Source: a virus
Lineage: Duplodnaviria > Caudoviricetes
Strand: one strand, 5' to 3'
Length of the DNA stretch: 25,388 bases
Virus record (IMG/VR): IMGVR_UViG_3300022895_000170
Location: 1 to 25,388 of that record
Part shown: positions 16,356 to 24,880 of the stretch, piece by piece
Numbering within the stretch: position 1 is the stretch's first letter
Layout: each line of letters begins with the position of its first letter
The notes under the pieces: generated by a model
The model's database searches: none
The model's input: the letters and a program-made list of their open reading frames with translations, nothing else
What the model was told of the DNA's origin: nothing
Program-made: the position numbers and the translations under genes

Positions 16356-18188
16356 TTGCTCATTGTTACAAATGATACACAAGTCGAGCCAATACTAGAA
16401 ACAAATTACGAAAAATTTGAAGAGTTGAATGGGGCATTGCGGATCTCATTTAGCTCTTTTTTACATGAAAGCAATCCAGGACATACCTTGCTAGATTTTG
16501 AAGCTATAATCGAAGATGAAGATGGTCATGAGTATGTTGTGAAAGAATTTAGTGGTGATACCTTTACCAAAAAAGCTACGGCGGTGCATATCTATTTTTC
16601 ATTAGTGGATGATTTTAAGTATGAAATCCATGGTGGAACAAGGACGTTTAATGATTTTATGTCATTTGTTCTTGATGGAACCGGTTGGACTTTTATTAAT
16701 GCAGATGTAGATGGTTATCAATTACTACCGAATTTTGGAGAAGCGAATCCAATTGTTTTAATCGAACAATTGTGTACAGCATTTAACTGTGAACGTCAAT
16801 TATTACCTGGAAAAGTTATTCGTTTTTCTAAGAAAATTGGTAGAGATAATGACATACAATTTCGTTACCGTCATAATATTGAAACCTTATCATATAGCAT
16901 CAATACTACAAATTTAAAGACACAAATTCGCGGATATGGTTCAGAGGGGATTGATGTTACTTATACTTCACCTTTAGCTAAGTCACCAAGAATTGGTATA
17001 CGTATTGCAGATCCTATTCATGACGAGAATATAGAATCTATTGAGGAAATGGCAACCCGTTTGGCAAGTGAATTACCTGCAGCACCTGAAACAAATATTA
17101 AGGTTAAAGTGACTTCAATAGATGGTGATGTGGGAGATATGGTTTGGCTTATACATGAGGAGCTTAACTTAGAATATCAAACACGTATTTTAAGTAAAAA
17201 GACTAAACGGGATTATAGTAATTCAGAGATTGAAGTTGGAAATACACAAGCCAAAAGTATTGTAGATGCCTTATTAAATCAACGTGCTACTATTAATGCT
17301 AACGATAAACGCTATCGTTCAAAATTTGAACAAACTAATGATCGAATTGATTTAGAGGTTGAAGAAATAGGTGCATCAATTGCTGCAATTAATATTCGCG
17401 CTGATAGTATCACTCAAAGCGTAACAGATATAAGTAACAATTTAAGTAGTCGTATTACTCAAACAGCTATTGAAATTCGAGGTGAAGTATCTGCACAGGT
17501 TACAACACTGAACAACAATATTCAAACAGTTCGCAATGATGTTTCTGTTGTTTCTCAAACAGCATCTCAAATACAGTCAACGGTGACTAGTCAACAAACT
17601 CAAATAAGCAGTCTTGGGAATAGGGTATATAATGCCGAAAGTAGTATTACACAACAAGCAAATCAAATTCAGTCAAAAGTAAGTGTAACGGATTTTACAG
17701 GAAATACAATTACGTCTTTAATCAATCAAACTGCAACGACGATTGGTATACAAGCATCAAAAATCAATCTTGTAGGGGCTGTTACTGTTCTATCTGATAT
17801 TACTGGGAATTTAGGAACAATTTATACAGGAACATTAAACAGCGTAAATATTTACTCTGCAGATATAAATATCTCTAATGATGTTACGATAGGTAAAGTT
17901 TTAAAAATAGGTTCTCACTGGAGTGACTCCGAGCCTAAGGCAATTGTATTTGGTGGAAATTTAGGAGCATCTGCAATTAGACATGATGGAGATCAGCTTC
18001 ATTTAAGTGCCTTACATGGAGTTAATATTGCAGCAGACTTATTTGTTAGTGGTAATTATGGAAATATAGCAAAAGCTGATACAAATGGCTTAGGTTTTGG
18101 CTTATCTACTGCAACTAATCCTAAAAGGCTTTATGTTAGACTTTTTGGAATAAATCAAGGTTATTTAGAACTAATAAAAGGAGATTGA
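16356..18188 (+). CDS. Tal-like baseplate hub / tail tip protein with coiled-coil extension
   Basis: Prophage tail-endopeptidase-like N-terminus (VLDGTGWTF, NFGEAN, QFRYRHNI, TQIRGYG, YTSPLA, GDMVWLIHE) and C-terminal S.I.Q.A..I...VS repeats. RBS AAGAAGGTGA favours TTG 16356 (or 16353) over 16290. Confidence 0.85.
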   Translation: MLIVTNDTQVEPILETNYEKFEELNGALRISFSSFLHESNPGHTLLDFEAIIEDEDGHEYVVKEFSGDTFTKKATAVHIYFSLVDDFKYEIHGGTRTFNDFMSFVLDGTGWTFINADVDGYQLLPNFGEANPIVLIEQLCTAFNCERQLLPGKVIRFSKKIGRDNDIQFRYRHNIETLSYSINTTNLKTQIRGYGSEGIDVTYTSPLAKSPRIGIRIADPIHDENIESIEEMATRLASELPAAPETNIKVKVTSIDGDVGDMVWLIHEELNLEYQTRILSKKTKRDYSNSEIEVGNTQAKSIVDALLNQRATINANDKRYRSKFEQTNDRIDLEVEEIGASIAAINIRADSITQSVTDISNNLSSRITQTAIEIRGEVSAQVTTLNNNIQTVRNDVSVVSQTASQIQSTVTSQQTQISSLGNRVYNAESSITQQANQIQSKVSVTDFTGNTITSLINQTATTIGIQASKINLVGAVTVLSDITGNLGTIYTGTLNSVNIYSADINISNDVTIGKVLKIGSHWSDSEPKAIVFGGNLGASAIRHDGDQLHLSALHGVNIAADLFVSGNYGNIAKADTNGLGFGLSTATNPKRLYVRLFGINQGYLELIKGD

Positions 18189-18193
18189 TATTA

Positions 18194-18388
18194 ATGGATT
18201 ATCAAGTACTATTAAACAACGGACAAACAATTAATTTAAAAAATGCAGAGTTTGATGCAACAGCTTTTACAGCAACACTAAATGATCAAAAAATTACTTT
18301 TGTTAATATTGGAGGAGCGATTATTAATAAGCATATTATTGTAAGTGTGTTACCAATGACAGCCGTACAAACAGAAACGCAGTCCTAG
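18194..18388 (+). CDS. Small hypothetical phage protein after Tal
   Basis: RBS AAAGGAG, ATG 18194, 64 aa. Confidence 0.7.
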   Translation: MDYQVLLNNGQTINLKNAEFDATAFTATLNDQKITFVNIGGAIINKHIIVSVLPMTAVQTETQS

Positions 18389-18414
18389 GACGAGCGTTAT
18401 TTTTATTTAATAGG

Positions 18415-18454
18415 AAAGCCTTCCAGCGTTTTTCGCTTAGGAGGGCTTTTTCTT
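18415..18454 (+). terminator. Terminator-like hairpin before the lysis cassette
   Basis: AAAGCCTTCC...GGAGGGCTTT with inner AGCG/CGCT, followed by TTCTT. Confidence 0.65.
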
Positions 18455-18479
18455 ATGATCTACAAAAGGAAGTGATGTA

Positions 18480-18884
18480 TTGGATAAATGGATAGCAACA
18501 TGGAGTGGTTTTATGGGTACACTTATTTCTTATTCAGTAAATGGTTTAGGTATGGCCGTAACAGTTTTAATTGGATTTATGACAATTGATTATATCACTG
18601 GCATTTTATCTAGCATTGTTAATCATAATTTAAATAGTCGTATTGGTGTAAATGGTATTATACGAAAAATTTATTATTTGATGTTGGTGGGTTCAATTTA
18701 TTTATTAGCTTTTGTGATACCAGGTATTGAATATGCTGGCGATGGAGCGGCAATAGCATTTTGTGTTTTAGAATTTATCTCAATAACAGAAAATGGTACA
18801 AAGATGGGGCTACCTACACCAAATTTTATAAAGAATATATTAGCAATTGTCAAAGATAAAACTGATGAGGAGGATAAAAAATGA
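18480..18884 (+). CDS. Holin (phage_holin_4 / TcdE-like family)
   Basis: IDYITGI...LNSRIG..GIIRK...EFISITENGTKMGLPTP signature. Three hydrophobic segments and a charged C-terminus. Confidence 0.92.
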   Translation: MDKWIATWSGFMGTLISYSVNGLGMAVTVLIGFMTIDYITGILSSIVNHNLNSRIGVNGIIRKIYYLMLVGSIYLLAFVIPGIEYAGDGAAIAFCVLEFISITENGTKMGLPTPNFIKNILAIVKDKTDEEDKK

Positions 18885-19552
18885 GTATAAATATAACGTC
18901 AACATGCCGAGATTTAGCACAATTAATGCCAGTCGCACAATTAGCATGCCGACTTCTATTTCAAGAATGCTACAAGTCAGGCATTGATAATATTTTTATC
19001 ACAGAAACGTTCCGCTCACAGGAACGACAAAATTATTTATTTGCTCAAGGGCGAACTAGGCCAGGAAACATTGTCACTTGGACACTTTCCAGCAACCATA
19101 GCAGTCGTTTAGCATGGGATATTGCGGTTGGTGCCCCACTATCTTTATACGATGTGACTACTCTCAATAAAGTTGGTGTTATTGCTCGCAAGCTTGGCAT
19201 AACGTGGGGTGGTGATTGGACGGGGAGCATTGATCGACCCCATTTTGAAGTTAAAGCATCTTGGAAAATGCCTATAGGCTATCTATTAGAAGGACAAGTA
19301 AATGTTCCTAGTAGTAGTAAAATGAAAGTTAAATTAATGATAGATGAGAAGAAGGAGGCAAATAAGATGACACAAGCATGGAATCCTGCATCACCAACAA
19401 TGCGCAATGAAACAGAGAATTATATAGCACAAGCTATTAAAGAAGGAATTATTCAAGAATCACATTTAAAAGATTTGCAAAACGGGATGATGACAACAGA
19501 CCGCTTGTTAGGGCTTTATATTACAATCCAGCAGCGACGAGCGAATGAATGA
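18881..19552 (+). CDS. Endolysin, M15 family L-Ala-D-Glu peptidase with C-terminal helical domain
   Basis: ETFRSQERQ..L.AQGRT.PG.IVT, SxHxxxxAxD (SNHSSRLAWD), WGGDW, DRPHFE. Confidence 0.92.
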   Translation: MSINITSTCRDLAQLMPVAQLACRLLFQECYKSGIDNIFITETFRSQERQNYLFAQGRTRPGNIVTWTLSSNHSSRLAWDIAVGAPLSLYDVTTLNKVGVIARKLGITWGGDWTGSIDRPHFEVKASWKMPIGYLLEGQVNVPSSSKMKVKLMIDEKKEANKMTQAWNPASPTMRNETENYIAQAIKEGIIQESHLKDLQNGMMTTDRLLGLYITIQQRRANE

Positions 19553-19557
19553 TAAAG

Positions 19558-19581
19558 ACACCGCCTAAATGGTGGCGGTGT
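19558..19581 (+). terminator. GC-rich hairpin at the end of the lysis cassette
   Basis: ACACCGCC-N8-GGCGGTGT directly after the endolysin stop; weak U-tract. Confidence 0.55.
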
Positions 19582-19845
19582 TCATTAAATGAATATTTAC
19601 TGTAGGCATAAAAATGCTAATCATATCAGGGTATCTTTCGATGCTTATGCCTATGAATAAATAATCATGCTACTAATCTTTTTCTTTATCTGCTTTATAA
19701 ATATTAAATTCGATTATAAACCTGTATCACGAGAGGGAATTTGTAACGGCTAGCTATTTATTGACTTTGATTTAACTAAAATGCGTAAGAAAACTGTAGA
19801 ACAATCGGAATTTTACAGCAATTAGTTGAAAAAATAGTATTAAAT

Positions 19846-19884
19846 AAAAAAAGCAATCCACGTTTTCTCGATGGATTGCTTTTT
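19846..19884. terminator. Bidirectional intrinsic terminator
   Basis: AAAAAGCAATCCA...TGGATTGCTTTTT overlapping the ZIP gene stop. Confidence 0.8.
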
Positions 19885-20599
19885 ATTCGACTAAAGTATG
19901 GAATACATAGCTTAATAAATAGCCTAGACAAACATAGATGATTAAGGATTTTAGTGTGACAGAACGAATATGATGCAAAATAAATTCAGATATACTAGTT
20001 GTGGCAATTAGGCCAATGGAAATCCCCATCAATAATCCTTGGGCTTTTTCAGATAAATCCCAATATTGACCAATCAATATGAAAATGCTGAAAAAAATAG
20101 AGAATACAATGAAATAAAGAAAAAGTCTCCATAGTCGTTCTCCCTGAGATAGTAGGGCTGTTGAAAGTGCAAAGCCCTCTGGTATGTGATGAAGAATAAT
20201 AGATGCTGTAATGGTAATGCTTAATGCCGCATTTCCTAGTAAATTTCCCACGGTAAGACTAATGGGGATGGTGTGAATAATCATTGCGATTGCTAGTAGG
20301 GTGACAGAAGGGTTTTGTGAATGGGAAGAATGAAAGATAGTATCTAATATTCGGAAAATAAAGTAACCAATAAAAATGCCAAGGATCAGACCAAATGTTT
20401 GATATAGGTGAAAGGAAGATGGAACGATATCAAGTACTAGTAAGCCAACTAGAAATCCACCACATAATAATGATAAGCCCTGGGTTGTATGCTGGAAAAG
20501 CTTCGAGAACACCCAAGCAATCGCTCCTCCTATACTAATACTAAAAAAAAGAAAACCACCAAGTACCATTGCACTCAACTGCAAAATTCTCCACCTCAT
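19883..20599 (-). CDS. ZIP (ZupT-like) metal transporter family protein
   Basis: Multi-TM protein; IIHTIP and ILHHIPEGFA motifs; short His-containing loop. The true start may be a few codons downstream. Confidence 0.8.
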   Translation of the reverse strand: MRWRILQLSAMVLGGFLFFSISIGGAIAWVFSKLFQHTTQGLSLLCGGFLVGLLVLDIVPSSFHLYQTFGLILGIFIGYFIFRILDTIFHSSHSQNPSVTLLAIAMIIHTIPISLTVGNLLGNAALSITITASIILHHIPEGFALSTALLSQGERLWRLFLYFIVFSIFFSIFILIGQYWDLSEKAQGLLMGISIGLIATTSISEFILHHIRSVTLKSLIIYVCLGYLLSYVFHTLVE

Positions 20600-20762
20600 C
20601 CCAAACTTTCAGCGTATTACAAAATATATGCAAGGTAGAAATGAATATGATAATCGTAAGTTTAAAAGAAAAAGAAACCAAATTGCGATGATTGAATACT
20701 ACAACTTAATCAAGGAGAGAATATAGACGATTGCTTTAAGTAAACATTAAGGAGTTGCTTAT

Positions 20763-21902
20763 ATGAGGGCAGTAACCTACCAAGGTATTAAAGATATACA
20801 AGTAAAAAATGTAGAAGACCCTGTATTAAAAAAGAAAGATGATATTATAGTACGCATTACATCTACGGCTATATGTGGCTCAGATTTGCATATCTATAAG
20901 GGGGCAGTTCCAGCAGATAAAGATTATGTGATTGGACATGAGCCAATGGGGGTTGTAGAGGAAATTGGCTCTGAGGTGACGAGGGTAAAAAAAGGTGATC
21001 GTATCATTTTGCCCTTTAATGTATCCTGTGGTGATTGTTATTACTGCAAGAACGAGATGGAGAGTCAATGTGATTATTCCAACCCTAACCTCGAAGTGAA
21101 TTCAGGAGGATATCTTGGATTTACAGAGCGATATGGCAATTATCCAGGGGGACAGGCAGAATATCTACATGTGCCATACGGAAACTTTATGCCCTTTGTC
21201 ATTCCGGAGTCCTGTGAGCTAGAGGATGAGGCACTATTATTTTTGTCAGATGTACTCCCAACAGCCTATTGGAGTGTCGAAAATGCAGGAGTGAAAAAAG
21301 GAGATACAGTTGTAGTGCTCGGCTGTGGTCCTGTTGGTTTAATGACACAAAAATTTGCTTGGATGAAGGGGGCTAAGCGTGTAATTGCTGTTGATTATAT
21401 TAACTATCGTTTAGTACATGCGAAGAAAATAAACAATGTCGAAATTATTAATTTAGAGGATTATGATGAAGTGGCCTTTTATATTCGAGAAATTACCAAG
21501 GGTGGAGCGGATATTGTTATTGATTGCGTAGGGATGGATGGGAAGAAAACACCTGTAGAGGCCATCGAACAAAAATTAAAGCTTCAAGGGGGAACTTTAA
21601 GTCCAATACGTATTGCAATGGATGCTGTTCGTAAATTTGGTACGATTCAAATCACTGGTGTTTATGGTTCTAAATACAATCAGTTTCCATTAGGGCATTT
21701 ATTTGAAAGAAATATTTCTTTGAAGATGGGACAGGCTCCAGTTATACATTTAATGCCGCTGCTTTATGATAAAATAATGGCAGGAGAATTTGATCCAAGG
21801 GAGATTATTACACATAAGCTACCTCTTGAAGAAGCAAGTAAAGCCTATCAAATTTTCAATGATCGTGAGGATGAATGCATAAAAGTAATTCTTAAGCCAT
21901 AA
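20763..21902 (+). CDS. Zinc-dependent alcohol/formaldehyde dehydrogenase-like (MDR family)
   Basis: AICGSDLH, GHEPMG, CGDCYYC...C structural Zn site, LSDVLPT, GCGPVG. Confidence 0.93.
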   Translation: MRAVTYQGIKDIQVKNVEDPVLKKKDDIIVRITSTAICGSDLHIYKGAVPADKDYVIGHEPMGVVEEIGSEVTRVKKGDRIILPFNVSCGDCYYCKNEMESQCDYSNPNLEVNSGGYLGFTERYGNYPGGQAEYLHVPYGNFMPFVIPESCELEDEALLFLSDVLPTAYWSVENAGVKKGDTVVVLGCGPVGLMTQKFAWMKGAKRVIAVDYINYRLVHAKKINNVEIINLEDYDEVAFYIREITKGGADIVIDCVGMDGKKTPVEAIEQKLKLQGGTLSPIRIAMDAVRKFGTIQITGVYGSKYNQFPLGHLFERNISLKMGQAPVIHLMPLLYDKIMAGEFDPREIITHKLPLEEASKAYQIFNDREDECIKVILKP

Positions 21903-21948
21903 AAATGAGGGGAAGGTCATTATGCTTTCCTTTTTTTACATAAAAAGG

Positions 21949-21981
21949 AATACCCTCAGTGAAGTAGCACTGAGGATATTT
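21949..21981. terminator. Hairpin between convergent genes
   Basis: AATAcCCTCAGTG...CACTGAGGaTATT. A second hairpin with a T-tract lies at ~21909-21938. Confidence 0.65.
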
Positions 21982-21984
21982 TCA

Positions 21985-22554
21985 TTAAAAGTGTATACCT
22001 GGTTTATCTATTAATTTACAACATGTGCCATATTTTGCTTTTAAGGCACCTTTAAAGGCAGTTTGTTCAAGCTCTGGAAATGCTTGCTGCCATAGTTCAA
22101 AGACATTATGGCTAGTTGCAGTCCCTTCCTTTGTTAGGCGAACAATATGAAAGCCATACTCATCATTGCATCGAGCTAATGGGCGATTTTCACGTACAGA
22201 AATAATTCGACCACTCTGTGTTATTTCATACAAGCCTTCATATCCAGTAATCGTACGACTGACTTCATCGCAATCAGCCTTCTTTTCCTCTTTTGATTCT
22301 TCCTTTTCTTCTTGTGCTGGGAGCTGATCCACAATAACAAAATCTTTATGGGAAGCTTTGTCGCTCATTGTTGCCATCACATTCATAATAGAGCCTAGAT
22401 AATGCATAGGTTTCTCTTTTTCTTCCTCAAAAACGAATATATTATAATCGGTTTTATTAATTTTTTTTATAATAATATTTCCTGTTGTAATAGTAAAACC
22501 GATAAATTTGTTTTTACTTAGTGCTTGTAATGCTTGCTGCTTCGTTAATATCAT
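21985..22554 (-). CDS. Hypothetical protein with NUMOD4-like C-terminal motif
   Basis: ITGYEGLYEITQSGRIIS...GFHIVRL resembles NUMOD4. No HNH motif. RBS AGGAG. Confidence 0.65.
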   Translation of the reverse strand: MILTKQQALQALSKNKFIGFTITTGNIIIKKINKTDYNIFVFEEEKEKPMHYLGSIMNVMATMSDKASHKDFVIVDQLPAQEEKEESKEEKKADCDEVSRTITGYEGLYEITQSGRIISVRENRPLARCNDEYGFHIVRLTKEGTATSHNVFELWQQAFPELEQTAFKGALKAKYGTCCKLIDKPGIHF

Positions 22555-22781
22555 TATTAAATCTCCTAAAAAATCATTTTTTCTATTCTACCATAAATTT
22601 AATGTAAATGTTTTCGTAAATCAGTGGTGAGACGATGAAGCTTTTATAAAAAAACTGCCCAAGAAATGAAATGTTAGCTATCCTCTTAATTTTAATAATG
22701 GTAATATTAAGTAATGTTTGATTATATAGGTTCATTAGCCACATATGATATTTATTTTATTTTGTAGGGAGTGTTAGTAGT

Positions 22782-24392
22782 TTGATAAATGTATTAGGAG
22801 GCATTGGTTTATTTTTACTCGGGATGACCATGCTTACTAACGGTTTAAAGGAGCTTGCAGGGGATGCTCTTAAAAAATGGTTGAATCGATTTACAGGTGG
22901 AACAATTAGTTCAGTTCTTTCAGGTACTTTAATGACAATGATTGTGCAATCCTCTACTGCAACAACTCTGATTACGATTGGTTTTGTAAGTGCTGGGCTG
23001 TTGACCTTTATACAGTCAATTGGTGTTATTATTGGAGCAAATATAGGTAGCACAAGCACAGGATGGATTATTTCGCTTATTGGCTTCAAAATTAATATGC
23101 AGACCATGTCATTGCCTTTTATTGCACTCGGTGTCTTTGTGCAATTATTAGCACCACGTGATTTTAAAGCGATAGGCGGGCTTTTTACAGGCTTTGGCTT
23201 ACTATTTTTAGGTATTGATGTATTACAGGGAGGAATGGCATCCGTTCAGGATAAAATTCCATTTGATTCTTTTCAGGCGGATTCTATAGGCGGTCAGCTT
23301 ATTTTAATTGTGCTTGGTCTTGTCATGACGGTCATTATGCAGGCATCTAGTGCAGCAATTGCGGCTACTTTAACCGCCCTTTATGCAGGAGCTATTGATT
23401 TTGAACAGGCTGCCTATTTAGTAATCGGACAAAATATAGGAACCACTGCCACAGCCCTTTTTGCTGCAATTGGAGCGTCAACAGCTGCAAAACGGACAGC
23501 GATGACGCATGTACTGTTTAACGTGGCCACAGCCATTATTGTTACGTTTGGTGCAACATTGATGTTTGCATTAACGAAAAACGTGACGACATTCATAAAT
23601 GGTAGCTTTGATGAAACATTAGGAATTGCTGTTTTCCACACTTTATTTAGTGTCATTGGTGCCATTATTTTCGTGCCATTTGTCCGACCGTTTGCGAGGG
23701 CCATTGAAAAAATGATACCAGAGAAAGGTAATCATTTAACGCGAAATCTGGATGATAGTGTGGCAAAAATTCCTGGGGTAGCTGTGGAGGTTTCCTTTAA
23801 TACCCTACAGGACATTACAAAGGAATTAACAACAGTAATCGTATCCCTTATTCGAAGTAAAAAGATGACAACAGAAGCTGAAAGTAAATTAACTCTGATT
23901 GATGATGCGATTGAAAAAACACGTCTGTTTATGGATGCTATCCAATCAACAGCCACGAAGGATCGTCATAAGCATATTTCACTTTTACATGCACTTGATC
24001 ACTTGCTTCGCTTGACTAAGGCATTACGAGAGCAAAATCCAAGCACCTTTCAGCTACAGTCCACTTTAACACAGAAATGGTTGGAGGTACTTGAGGAAGT
24101 TTTAGTGATAATTGATGAAGATGAACGCTTACCAGAGATTTCTGTTCTATTAAAGGAAACATCATCAGAGATGGCAGCTGTACGACGAGATAAACGAAAT
24201 GCCTATTTCGAACATTCTGTTGAAAATGTCGTAGAGTTAGAGACAGCTGTTTCGAAAGTAGAAGCGCTTCTATGGATTGATCGTTTAGTCTATCACTATT
24301 GGCGCACAACTGCTCGTTTAGCAGAATATCAAACAGCAACGAAAAAAAACCGCCATACTGAAACGGAAAAGAACGTTGCTGCCACAGAATAG
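22782..24392 (+). CDS. Na/Pi cotransporter family protein
   Basis: GGIGLFLLGM, VQSSTATT, GANIGST, QASSAA and GQNIGTT repeats; PhoU-like helical C-terminus. Confidence 0.92.
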   Translation: MINVLGGIGLFLLGMTMLTNGLKELAGDALKKWLNRFTGGTISSVLSGTLMTMIVQSSTATTLITIGFVSAGLLTFIQSIGVIIGANIGSTSTGWIISLIGFKINMQTMSLPFIALGVFVQLLAPRDFKAIGGLFTGFGLLFLGIDVLQGGMASVQDKIPFDSFQADSIGGQLILIVLGLVMTVIMQASSAAIAATLTALYAGAIDFEQAAYLVIGQNIGTTATALFAAIGASTAAKRTAMTHVLFNVATAIIVTFGATLMFALTKNVTTFINGSFDETLGIAVFHTLFSVIGAIIFVPFVRPFARAIEKMIPEKGNHLTRNLDDSVAKIPGVAVEVSFNTLQDITKELTTVIVSLIRSKKMTTEAESKLTLIDDAIEKTRLFMDAIQSTATKDRHKHISLLHALDHLLRLTKALREQNPSTFQLQSTLTQKWLEVLEEVLVIIDEDERLPEISVLLKETSSEMAAVRRDKRNAYFEHSVENVVELETAVSKVEALLWIDRLVYHYWRTTARLAEYQTATKKNRHTETEKNVAATE

Positions 24393-24438
24393 AAAAAATG
24401 CTCGACTCATGCTTTTGCAAAGAGGGCGAGCATTTTTT
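24393..24438 (+). terminator. Intrinsic terminator
   Basis: AAAAAATGCTCG...CGAGCATTTTTT. Confidence 0.75.
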
Positions 24439-24586
24439 ATTGCGATTAAGTCAGTAAGAAAAGATGCTTAAGTTGCCAAGGTAATTGTTCCGGTAAATAG
24501 GAAAAGTTGAGGTTAGTATAAAAAGTGGACACGGAAAACTGAGAGTAGCTATGATAGAAATAACTATTTTAAAGGACGTGTACCGA

Positions 24587-24880
24587 ATGACTAAAAAAAT
24601 AACCCAAGAATATCGTGATTATGTTGTGAAATTAGTAGTAGAAGAAAATCGAAAAGTAACAGAATTATCGTATGAATTAGGGATTGGGGAATCTTCTATT
24701 CATCGCTGGGTAAAAAAGTATCGTGATGGAAAAAAGCAAGAAAATGGCGACGTGAAATATATAACCCCTTCGGAGCTAAAGAAGTTAGAAGCGACTTATG
24801 AAAAGAAACTTCGTGACTTAGAAGAGGAGAATGCCATTCTAAAAAAGGCGATGCACATCTTTGCCAAAAACCCGCAGTAG
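24587..24880 (+). CDS. IS3 transposase OrfA (HTH + leucine zipper)
   Basis: VTELSYELGIGESSIHRWVKKY and LRDLEEENAILKKAM. A AAA AAG slippery site at 24841-24847 leads into the -1 orfB frame. Start ATG 24587 behind AAAGGA. Confidence 0.9.
   Translation: MTKKITQEYRDYVVKLVVEENRKVTELSYELGIGESSIHRWVKKYRDGKKQENGDVKYITPSELKKLEATYEKKLRDLEEENAILKKAMHIFAKNPQ

Larger units (their letters stand above)
975..19581. mobile_element. Headless siphophage-derived tail locus (candidate F-type tailocin; probably no longer mobile)
   Basis: Regulation, tail and lysis modules present. No integrase, replication, packaging, head or sheath genes. Host genes on both sides. Confidence 0.8.

Noticed and set aside
18470-18490. 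Dual-start holin/antiholin motif
   Set aside because: The nearby GTG/ATG codons are out of frame with the holin.
975-19581. Intact prophage, gene transfer agent or PBSX/R-type contractile particle
   Set aside because: No capsid, portal, terminase or integrase, and no sheath or baseplate-wedge genes. Tail genes are siphophage-type.
20623-20650. Sporulation sigma-E-like promoter for the ZIP gene (TCATATT-N13-CATATATT, minus strand)
   Set aside because: Short AT-rich match with a slightly short spacer; not supportable without TSS data.
24486-24507. Alternative IS end TGTTCCGGTAAATAGG just left of the IS3 end
   Set aside because: The partner repeat is not in the window. The TG at 24508 fits IS3 spacing to the AAAAGTGGACAC motif better.
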